IMG/VR virus record: IMGVR_UViG_3300034375_009028
Length of the DNA: 64,000 bases
Strand: one strand, 5' to 3'
DNA from: a virus
Lineage: Duplodnaviria > Caudoviricetes
Shown here: piece after piece, positions 43,208 through 51,445 of the stretch
How the letters are laid out: the number at the start of each line of letters is the position of its first letter
Numbering within the stretch: the stretch's first letter is position 1
The notes under the pieces: generated by a model
Databases searched by the model: none
What the model saw: the letters and a program-made list of their open reading frames with translations, nothing else
What the model was told of the DNA's origin: nothing
Made by a program: the position numbers and the translations under genes

Positions 43208-46200
43208 TCAAAGACTGTCCAATCGCGCCTTGAGTTCATTGATTTGCTCTTGTTGCTCCTTGATTGCCTCAATTAAGACAGCAACCATGTTCTGATATGC
43301 AACAGACTTGACACCATCTGGTCCCTCATGTATCACTTCTGGAAGAATCTTCTCAACTTCTTGTGCAATAACACCAATCTCACGTTCTGGTTGACCAATA
43401 CGATTGAAGTATACACCTCTCATACCAAGAACCTTACTGAGAGCATTGCCAATTCCAACAACATTCTCCTTCAATCTAGCATCAGAATTTGCAGTAACTG
43501 ATTGTGCAAATATAGCAGTACCAGTATGGGTAATTCTGAATCTTTCTGTAGCTACTCCAGCACCCGAAGATTGAGTACCAAAAGATATTCCAAATTGTCC
43601 AGCAGAACCTTCAGATACGCCTTTAATGAATCCCCTAATTCCATCATTACCAACATCATTACCTTCAAATTGAAGTCCACCGTAGAAATATGCTGATGTC
43701 AGTGCCGTATCTGTTTGCCTAAACGTTATATATTGTCCAGGTTCATTAAGTGCTCCACTTATCAGTGGATTGGTAGTTACAATAACCTCATTTACAAATG
43801 TCGAGACACCTGTATGATTTGTGGTATTAAAATTAACCTGTTGATTAAATGTACTAATACCAGTCTCAACAATCCAACCATTAGGAATGTTCCAAGTTAG
43901 AGAATCAGTTCTAAACTCTACATTATTCTCAAACAATACAGGACCACTTGCATATAGAGAATACCCTGGTTTTGCAGATGTAGTTTCAATACCAACATTT
44001 GTTGTAGTAGAGATTCCTACCCCATCAAATACCCAAACATCAGAGACGTTTGCTAATCCAGAACCATCACCTCTAAAAGTACCACTCCAAAGACCAACAT
44101 AATAGTTATCAGAAGTCGATTTTATTGGACCAAATTCATTCCAATTATTGTCTTCAGTGTATACCCATCCAAAAGTTCCACCAGATTGTGGTTCTGCATT
44201 TATTTTAGAATCACCAATATTACCAGCAATCTCTGGTGTTCCAACACCTACACTTATTTCCCTAGCAATTGTTTCTTCACCTTGAATAAGAATACTATTA
44301 CTTTCAATTGCATCATTGATCGTTACTTTTTCATTAAAAATAGCTGGTCCATTAAATTCTGAGATAATATTATTATCTTTACCACCATCTACTTTAATTC
44401 CTCTATTAACAGTTAATTGTTCTGTGGATAAAATATCATATCCAACTGAAGAATTATCACTGGTTATATCTTCACCTCTAACGGTAGGAACAGGTGCATT
44501 AGTAAGTAAATCAACACCAGTAGAACCACTAGTAAACTTATTGACCGTATATGCATTTCCCTTATCATCTAGTCCATTGTAGAATGGAGTACCACCATTA
44601 ATAGCAGATGATTGAGATAGAATCCTCTCAATATTCTTAAATTGTCTATCTTGTCTAGAAGGAAGAGCAGTAGAGTAGTTTCCAGGACCATATCCAAGAT
44701 ATTCAAAAGTATGACCAGATGCACGAATAATAGAATTTCTTCTAAGTTCAGTTGGTATAAATTTAACTCTTCTAATTACAGATCCTACTGGGTGAGTTTC
44801 TTTTCTTGTCCCAAAAAGTCCACGGAATACACTCAAAGAATTGTCATTTAGAACACTTTGATTAATACGCATTATCTCTTTATTGACAATAATATAGTCA
44901 CCAACGTTCCAACCTCTATGAGTTGCATTAGTCACTGCAATAGTGTTAATTGCAGGATCGTCCAATAAAATAGTTGAAGTAGTGGTTATGCCAGCATATC
45001 TTGCAACAAGTCTTGATGAATCATATTCTCTATCAAAATCAATAATATCTTTTTGGTCATCAAAACCTACAGGATAGATATATCCACCTTGAGCTGGTGA
45101 TAGTACAGTATTTCCTGCTCCAGCAACAACATTAATAGTATTATTGTCAATTACACTTCTAACATAATAAGTTCTATTATATTGACCAACTAACTCCACA
45201 TCACTCACAACTATCTTATTACCAGCAGACAATCCATGAGAATTGAATGTTGTTATAGTTGTAATTCCTGTTACATTATTATAATATGTTGAATTGATTC
45301 CAATAGATGCTCCAGTTTGATACAAAGTAACATCAGAAAGAATCGCTGAATTGATAGCATTCAATCCATTAGTATTGATTCCACTTATGACTTCAGGAGT
45401 TCCATAATCAGGTTTGGAATAAATTGTAGTCGCAGAAGAAACATTTACAATATGATCATTTCCATTTACTACCGAAGTAATTCTGTATAGATTGTTATAT
45501 TCAGAGAATCTAGAATCTCGTATTCCCTCTATTCTAAGTACATCACCAACATTATTATAAATTTGATCTACTTGAACATATCCAGCAACCCAACCAGTTG
45601 TAGTTCCAACACCGACTACCGTGAGTGTATTACCTATACCATAAGCAGATCCACCATCTACTATTTTAACATCAGTAATACTTCCATTTACATCAACCTC
45701 CACATTTGCTGTTGCATGTTTACCAACAACAGATCCAGCAGATCCAACTAAAGTTGCATTATATAAAACTTGAACACCCCCAGATCCATCACCATAATTA
45801 AGTCCTGGATTAATAACAGATACTTTAGTAACTGGATTTAATCCATGATCTGGTTTTGTGGTAATAGTATGAGATGTTCCAGATTGAGAATGTATATCTA
45901 ATATACCAATATTATAATTAAAAGAACTAATTTTATTTTCAATGACTTCTCTAGTCAAACTATGTTGAGGATCATCAATCTCAGTTAATCCAATTGGAGA
46001 AGGTAGTGCAAAAGTTCTAGTTTTGTCTGGATTATTTTCTGGATTGTCTCTGTCTAGTTGAGGATATAAGTTTTTTAATGGTTGGGAGAACTTTAAATCT
46101 GTAAATGGATTTACTGTAGGTGAACTAGAAGAATCAATTATAGTTAAATGGTATACACCATCTCTAGAACCTGGAATATAGTCTTGTATTTCTTCTGTCT

Positions 46201-49024
46201 TATAAATCCAGAATGTTTTATTTAATTCTTTTGTTTTAAAATTAGGTAAATCTAGATTTCTTATATTAATAGGAGATCTAAACAATCCAGTATTAGTGGT
46301 TATACCAATACTAAAGGACTTTCTTGTTGGTGTATCTAATACTTCATAAACACCATTATATCCAGTATTAGCAATTCCAGTAGTATTTTCGGTAGAAATA
46401 ATATTTTGAATTTCTACTTTAGATCCAATAGATAATGAGTGAGGAATATCTGTATATACTGTCGCAACTCCAACACTAGAATCATGAACTGCATTACTAA
46501 TAAATTTTGGATTCCTAAGTTCTGAAGTATTGCTCAAAGTTACTGATCCAATATTCATGAATTTTGCAACTTCCGAATCACTAAACCCAGTAGTTGTGTT
46601 TGACTCTTGAATAACAAAAGAATCCTCAGGAGGTCTAGCAGTAACAGTACTGTCCTTAGGTATTACATATCTTACCTTATAAATTTTACTATCTAAAGAT
46701 CTATTGTCTGGTGTTCTAGAAATATATGATTTTGAGGTTGCTTTACCTAGAGCAGGAAATCCTAGTCCTACAATAGTGCTGTAAATATCATTTTCAGTAG
46801 AACTTACAGTAACATACCACTGACCTCTAGATTCATCATATTGGATTGGATGACCAATATCTCCAGATTTTTTATCAGAAACTCTAGATTCTATTCTTAA
46901 AATTCCACCTTTGTTATTAACAGTTATAGAAGATTCACTAGTGCTATCATCAAGTGTTCTTGCTAACTTAATTTGATCTGTATTAATACCAGATGTAATA
47001 GCATAATATACATTATTATTAGAGATTCCATCAGGAAGTTCACCATCATCACTTAAAATACGAATAGTTTCTCCAGTATCAAATAAATGAGGTTCTGTTA
47101 AAGTAAGAATATTTGAACTTATACTATTAATACCAATATTAGTTCTTCCAACCGTTGATACTTTAATAGAACTAGACTCAAATATGCCAGATCCTTGAGT
47201 ATCTGGCATTATTATTTTGGCAAGTCTTTCCTGATTAGCAATTACAACTTTAAGTTTATCATTAAACTTAGATCCTATTCTATATCCCTCAATGACAGAT
47301 TTTGGTGGTATATCTTGGTTTAACTCATTATAAAGGTATAACCTAGTAGGATCTGCCTGTCCTATTGTGCTCTCAACATCAATTGCACCATATTCAACAG
47401 TTACTTCTTCAGAATCTATTGTTTGTGGGGGCAAAATATGGGTAATATATCCAGTATCGTCCCTTGGGAATGCATCTCTCCTAAAACCTTTACAAACTAA
47501 AGCTTTTGCACCAAAGTTTGAGTTTGAGTTTGTAATTGATAGGTCACCACCAGACTCAGAAATATAATGATTACCGAATCCAATTGAGAATACAGATACT
47601 AACTGTAAGAATGCATTATTAGATGCTTTAATATGGAACGTATCATAATCTGGTTTATATATTGCTAGAGAATTTGTATGTAAATTTGTTACACTAACAG
47701 AATCCTCATATGCACCAGAAATAGAATTATATTTTACAAAGGCATTATCATCTTTTTGAAGTCCAATTGCAGTAAATTGTGCAACAACCATGGATCTAAA
47801 TCCATCAGCTTTAGATCCATCTGCATGTAGACCATTCATACCATAAACTGATCTCAATGAACAGTTAAAGATATATGGAGAAGCAGAAGTTACAGTATCT
47901 ACAGTAATGTTTAATGTTGGTGATCCAGAAATAATTGTTGGTAAAGGATCTACTGGTGGGTTTGATACCCTATATGTAATTGTTGTTGGATCTTCAACAC
48001 TTCTAATAACAAAAGAACCATTATACCCAGATGCTGGAATTCCTTCGATTCTTATTGGAGTATCTACATCAAGACCATTAATAGGTTCTAAAATATCTAC
48101 TGTAATTACATTTGATGTGTTAACACCATCACCAGATTTAATGCTAGTTATACCGATATTTTGTCCCGTTGAACCAACAATACGATATTCATCAATTTTT
48201 GACTGAATATCAACATTAGCACTTGGAAATACTGGTGTAATTTCTCTTCCGCTAGAAGGACCATAAACTAGAGCAATTTTTTCATAATATAAATCTAGGT
48301 CAGTTTTTGTTGTATTATAATTTAAATCATCATTATCAAATCCTACAGGATTAACACCATCAGCATATTCAAAACAAGTAAGCTTATGGTGAGAATAATT
48401 TGGTACTGATAGATTCAATCCATAGTTTTTATATACTACACTATTTGGATCAGCATCAAAGAAAGTAAATTGATTAAAGTAACAAGTTCCTGTTACCCTA
48501 AACAAACAAGTTGAATCAACAGAATCATCCTCTGGATCGGGAACAAATTTGGGTCTGATTTTTGTTTTACGAAGATCCAATCCAACAATAGATGTTCCAC
48601 GAGGAATAATTACTCCACCGTAAACAGAATTCATTTTATAGAGAGAATTATTCTCGCTATTTACATCAAAATTAGTTTCTAAATTAAATCCTTCAAGAGC
48701 ATTTGAATAAGATCCTCCTCTAGTTAACCAATTATTCCCACTAACAGGAGCATCATGAATGGGTATCCATCCAGGTCTATTATCAATTAAATGCTCACCT
48801 GGGTAAACAATAATTGTTGTTCTACTAAACCTATCATTATCTAAACCAACTTGATAAGAAAATCTGGCAGCTTCAATTAATGCCCTTTGAATTGTCTTAA
48901 AAGGTCTAACCAAAGAGTTACCTTGATTTTCAATACTATCTGTGGAATCAATACTTGAGGGATCTACGTAAAGAATGTCCCCTCTACTATTCTTTAGAAA
49001 ATTATCTAAGCGACTAAGACCCAT
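43208..49024 (-). CDS. Large tail-fibre-like structural protein with C-terminal S74 intramolecular chaperone
   Basis: MGLSRLDNFLKN..ILYVDP..ENQGNSL.RPFKTIQRAL cyanophage fibre N-terminus; SDARLKENV...GVIAQEV...YQNMVAVLIEAIKEQQ at the C-terminus; AATAAATA late site at 49055-49062. Confidence 0.85.
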   Translation of the reverse strand: MGLSRLDNFLKNSRGDILYVDPSSIDSTDSIENQGNSLVRPFKTIQRALIEAARFSYQVGLDNDRFSRTTIIVYPGEHLIDNRPGWIPIHDAPVSGNNWLTRGGSYSNALEGFNLETNFDVNSENNSLYKMNSVYGGVIIPRGTSIVGLDLRKTKIRPKFVPDPEDDSVDSTCLFRVTGTCYFNQFTFFDADPNSVVYKNYGLNLSVPNYSHHKLTCFEYADGVNPVGFDNDDLNYNTTKTDLDLYYEKIALVYGPSSGREITPVFPSANVDIQSKIDEYRIVGSTGQNIGITSIKSGDGVNTSNVITVDILEPINGLDVDTPIRIEGIPASGYNGSFVIRSVEDPTTITYRVSNPPVDPLPTIISGSPTLNITVDTVTSASPYIFNCSLRSVYGMNGLHADGSKADGFRSMVVAQFTAIGLQKDDNAFVKYNSISGAYEDSVSVTNLHTNSLAIYKPDYDTFHIKASNNAFLQLVSVFSIGFGNHYISESGGDLSITNSNSNFGAKALVCKGFRRDAFPRDDTGYITHILPPQTIDSEEVTVEYGAIDVESTIGQADPTRLYLYNELNQDIPPKSVIEGYRIGSKFNDKLKVVIANQERLAKIIMPDTQGSGIFESSSIKVSTVGRTNIGINSISSNILTLTEPHLFDTGETIRILSDDGELPDGISNNNVYYAITSGINTDQIKLARTLDDSTSESSITVNNKGGILRIESRVSDKKSGDIGHPIQYDESRGQWYVTVSSTENDIYSTIVGLGFPALGKATSKSYISRTPDNRSLDSKIYKVRYVIPKDSTVTARPPEDSFVIQESNTTTGFSDSEVAKFMNIGSVTLSNTSELRNPKFISNAVHDSSVGVATVYTDIPHSLSIGSKVEIQNIISTENTTGIANTGYNGVYEVLDTPTRKSFSIGITTNTGLFRSPINIRNLDLPNFKTKELNKTFWIYKTEEIQDYIPGSRDGVYHLTIIDSSSSPTVNPFTDLKFSQPLKNLYPQLDRDNPENNPDKTRTFALPSPIGLTEIDDPQHSLTREVIENKISSFNYNIGILDIHSQSGTSHTITTKPDHGLNPVTKVSVINPGLNYGDGSGGVQVLYNATLVGSAGSVVGKHATANVEVDVNGSITDVKIVDGGSAYGIGNTLTVVGVGTTTGWVAGYVQVDQIYNNVGDVLRIEGIRDSRFSEYNNLYRITSVVNGNDHIVNVSSATTIYSKPDYGTPEVISGINTNGLNAINSAILSDVTLYQTGASIGINSTYYNNVTGITTITTFNSHGLSAGNKIVVSDVELVGQYNRTYYVRSVIDNNTINVVAGAGNTVLSPAQGGYIYPVGFDDQKDIIDFDREYDSSRLVARYAGITTTSTILLDDPAINTIAVTNATHRGWNVGDYIIVNKEIMRINQSVLNDNSLSVFRGLFGTRKETHPVGSVIRRVKFIPTELRRNSIIRASGHTFEYLGYGPGNYSTALPSRQDRQFKNIERILSQSSAINGGTPFYNGLDDKGNAYTVNKFTSGSTGVDLLTNAPVPTVRGEDITSDNSSVGYDILSTEQLTVNRGIKVDGGKDNNIISEFNGPAIFNEKVTINDAIESNSILIQGEETIAREISVGVGTPEIAGNIGDSKINAEPQSGGTFGWVYTEDNNWNEFGPIKSTSDNYYVGLWSGTFRGDGSGLANVSDVWVFDGVGISTTTNVGIETTSAKPGYSLYASGPVLFENNVEFRTDSLTWNIPNGWIVETGISTFNQQVNFNTTNHTGVSTFVNEVIVTTNPLISGALNEPGQYITFRQTDTALTSAYFYGGLQFEGNDVGNDGIRGFIKGVSEGSAGQFGISFGTQSSGAGVATERFRITHTGTAIFAQSVTANSDARLKENVVGIGNALSKVLGMRGVYFNRIGQPEREIGVIAQEVEKILPEVIHEGPDGVKSVAYQNMVAVLIEAIKEQQEQINELKARLDSL

Positions 49025-49071
49025 TTTTATACACTAGTTGCTGTTATTATAATTTATTTATTCATAAGAAA

Positions 49072-49212
49072 CTACTGATTATTATTTTCTAACATATATT
49101 CTACAGTGTTTGCAATATCATTCATTGCATCTCTTAAATCTGGTCTTTGTCCAGATTCTTGGCGATTTATTGGTCTCTTATCATCACTAAGAGTCCAACG
49201 CCACATTTTCAT
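49072..49212 (-). CDS. Small conserved hypothetical protein (46 aa)
   Basis: Hand translation MKMWRWTLSDDKRPINRQESGQRPDLRDAMNDIANTVEYMLE. Confidence 0.7.
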   Translation of the reverse strand: MKMWRWTLSDDKRPINRQESGQRPDLRDAMNDIANTVEYMLENNNQ

Positions 49213-49231
49213 GCCACTACAATACCAGAGT

Positions 49232-50332
49232 TTAATGTTCATAAGATGGGTTACTCCAATCAGACGTGAAACTTCTCAAATGTTCTATCTTATGTAGTAT
49301 ACTCTCATCATACAAAACAAACTCTTCATTTGCAAAATGCAATTTACAATTATTTTTCAAAGCAAGTTTTAAGAGATACATACGCCTATCATAATCATCA
49401 GGTAAAGAGTATATACTAAACATCAAAATATGATCTAAATTTTTTTCTTTTAAAAGATATTCAAGATAAGAGTGATTTCTACCTTCATTATCTCCAGTTT
49501 GATGGGGGAATATATACCCCATCCTAGTACAATAATCCTTAACGGTTAACGTCTGAAAATGGAGATCTATATTTTTAGTTTTAAATCCTTCATATTCAGC
49601 ATAAGTAACTACATTTTCATAGTCCTCTATCTTTATTTTTCTAGATGATATTTTACTATCTCCCAAAATTCTAAAATAAGATCCAGGCCACTTCCTATGA
49701 GGTTGACCATTTTTAAGCAAAACCCTAACATCTATACTTATTCTAGTTTTTCCAGTTCTATTAGGAACTCCACCATGAATATTTTCTTGAGTGAATAATA
49801 AATATTGACCCTTCTTTATATTTACTGGGTAACTGTTATCAATACAAACATTTTGAAGTCTTTCATAATTCCAATTCTCTTCTGTAGATTTTTTTGTAAT
49901 TTCTCTACTTTTTTCTATTCCAATTATTTGAAGAGAATTTGAAGAATATGCATCAGTAAATGGAACCCAAATAGTTCTTAATCCAAGACCATTACCAACC
50001 CATCTTCCTTGATGATATGGTAAGACAGTTCCTGTTTTATCTTGATCTGGTATTGTTATTCTAATATTACCAAATTTTTGTATAAGAACTTCAGTATTTA
50101 ATGATGGGAGAATACATTCTTCAACCAATTCATCAAATATTGAATAAAAATTAGTGTCTGCAAGATCTTTACCCACAAGTTTTACAAGTTCACCTATTTT
50201 TTTGGGATGAACATCCTCATGTAAAACAGAAAGATCTTTAACAGTTGGGTAGTACTTTTGGATACAACTTATAATATAATGATCTAAGTTGTACTTCTTA
50301 ATATCATAATCGTATACATTTGCATCAAACAT
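49232..50332 (-). CDS. StrG-like 2OG-Fe(II) oxygenase fused to a sporadic-carbohydrate-cluster-type C-terminal domain
   Basis: IRITIP..LPYHQG..TIWVPFT..FTQENIHG..NRTGKTRISIDVR; C-terminal Q.LTVKDYC...MFSIYSLP..R..LHFANE. Confidence 0.65.
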   Translation of the reverse strand: MFDANVYDYDIKKYNLDHYIISCIQKYYPTVKDLSVLHEDVHPKKIGELVKLVGKDLADTNFYSIFDELVEECILPSLNTEVLIQKFGNIRITIPDQDKTGTVLPYHQGRWVGNGLGLRTIWVPFTDAYSSNSLQIIGIEKSREITKKSTEENWNYERLQNVCIDNSYPVNIKKGQYLLFTQENIHGGVPNRTGKTRISIDVRVLLKNGQPHRKWPGSYFRILGDSKISSRKIKIEDYENVVTYAEYEGFKTKNIDLHFQTLTVKDYCTRMGYIFPHQTGDNEGRNHSYLEYLLKEKNLDHILMFSIYSLPDDYDRRMYLLKLALKNNCKLHFANEEFVLYDESILHKIEHLRSFTSDWSNPSYEH

Positions 50333-50335
50333 ACT

Positions 50336-50620
50336 TTAATCAAGTTCAGCAAGAAGTTCTTCGTTTTCTAATTCCATCTCAAAAAAACAGGGGTGGCATT
50401 CTTCCATTACCAAATATCCAGATGCTCTAAACATATATTCATTATCAAAGATTCTTCCATAATCATTTGCCCATGCCTGAAAGTATGCTATATTATCTTC
50501 CTCATCATCAGTCAAATCATCCCATGTAAAAGGAACATTGTTTATAAAATACATCTTCACAACTCTTTTCATTGATTCAACTTCTAACCAACAATAAGAT
50601 TTTGTGAGTTTGTATTTCAT
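50336..50620 (-). CDS. Conserved cyanophage hypothetical protein (likely start MKYKLTK)
   Basis: YCW...VVKMYFINNVPFTWD...YLVMEECHPCFF. Confidence 0.7.
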   Translation of the reverse strand: MKYKLTKSYCWLEVESMKRVVKMYFINNVPFTWDDLTDDEEDNIAYFQAWANDYGRIFDNEYMFRASGYLVMEECHPCFFEMELENEELLAELD

Positions 50621-50699
50621 ACTACTAAATCCGTTTTTAATATTTAGTTTTGTAGGAGGGCGCTCCCATATAAGAAAGACCTTTAATATTCCCCCCAAG

Positions 50700-50783
50700 T
50701 GCGAGTAGGGAGACTTGAACTCCCACGGGATTACTCCCAACAGATTTTAAGTCTGGTGCGTCTACCGATTCCGCCATACTCGC
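50700..50783 (-). tRNA. trnL: tRNA-Leu (UAA), no encoded CCA
   Basis: GCGAGTA/TACTCGC acceptor stem, CT-TAA-AA anticodon loop, long variable arm, GTTCAAGTC T-loop. Confidence 0.92.
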
Positions 50784-50787
50784 ATTT

Positions 50788-50862
50788 TGGTAGGACTGGA
50801 GGGAATTGAACCCTCTTCACACCGTTATAAGCAGTGGGCCTTAACCAATAGGCGACAGTCCC
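50788..50862 (-). tRNA. trnI: tRNA-Ile (UAU) with encoded CCA
   Basis: GGGACTG/CAGTCCT acceptor stem, CACTG-CT-TAT-AA-CGGTG anticodon arm, GGTTCAATTCC, ACCA end. Confidence 0.9.
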
Positions 50863-50865
50863 GTT

Positions 50866-50953
50866 TGGTAGGAGTAGGGAGACTTGAACTCCCACGGGCG
50901 TAATGCCCAACAGATTTTAAGTCTGGTGTGTCTACCGATTCCACCATACTCCC
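50866..50953 (-). tRNA. trnL: tRNA-Leu (UAA) with encoded CCA
   Basis: GGGAGTA/TACTCCT acceptor stem, same anticodon arm as 50700..50783, ACCA end. Confidence 0.93.
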
Positions 50954-50970
50954 GTGAAGTTGACTTGACT

Positions 50971-50999
50971 ATCATAGGATAGGATCTTACGATTGTCAA
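50971..50999 (-). promoter_or_regulatory. Sigma70-type promoter for the tRNA cluster
   Basis: TTGACA-17 nt-TATGAT, 17 nt upstream of the first tRNA. Confidence 0.85.
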
Positions 51000-51008
51000 G
51001 TCATTGTA

Positions 51009-51215
51009 TCATTCCTCGTATGTGGGTGGATGATACTTCAAGTATTCCCAGAAGGTCAACTTCATTTCCTTATGGGTCATTCCACAATGTTTTGCGGCAG
51101 CAGGTAAAGTCATTGTGCAGTTGAACAATGACTCATTTGCCTCTTGAACGTTTTGTGGTGTTGTTTTTACCTTTTGTTCAATTAGTGAACTTTTGTCAAT
51201 TCTTTGATACATCAT
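51009..51215 (-). CDS. Conserved cyanophage hypothetical protein
   Basis: VKTTPQNVQEANE.LF...MTLPAAAKHCGMT.KEMKLTF.EYLKYHP. Confidence 0.75.
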   Translation of the reverse strand: MMYQRIDKSSLIEQKVKTTPQNVQEANESLFNCTMTLPAAAKHCGMTHKEMKLTFWEYLKYHPPTYEE

Positions 51216-51391
51216 AGTGGAGCATAGGCAAGGACATCTTCTTCCACTGTAGCACGAACAAATTGTAGGACATTCATGAACTGATCTGTGGTTTCACACA
51301 CAAGTTCCTGTTCTGTACCTTCATTAGAATAGATGTAAATTGTTTTGCGGGTTGGATCTACTACACATCGTGTCAGGTACTCATCTTGCAT
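51212..51391 (-). CDS. Conserved cyanophage small protein (59 aa)
   Basis: Hand translation MQDEYLTRCVVDPTRKTIYIYSNEG...CETTDQFMNVLQFVR. Confidence 0.7.
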   Translation of the reverse strand: MQDEYLTRCVVDPTRKTIYIYSNEGTEQELVCETTDQFMNVLQFVRATVEEDVLAYAPL

Positions 51392-51445
51392 TTGGAGTGC
51401 TTTGCGTTGAATGCCCTGTCATTGTAGCAGACCTTTGAGCGGTAG

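Noticed and set aside
51009-51391. Possible fusion or frameshift joining 51212..51391 and 51009..51215
   Set aside because: Re-translation shows a normal stop at 51212-51214 with an ATGA overlap.
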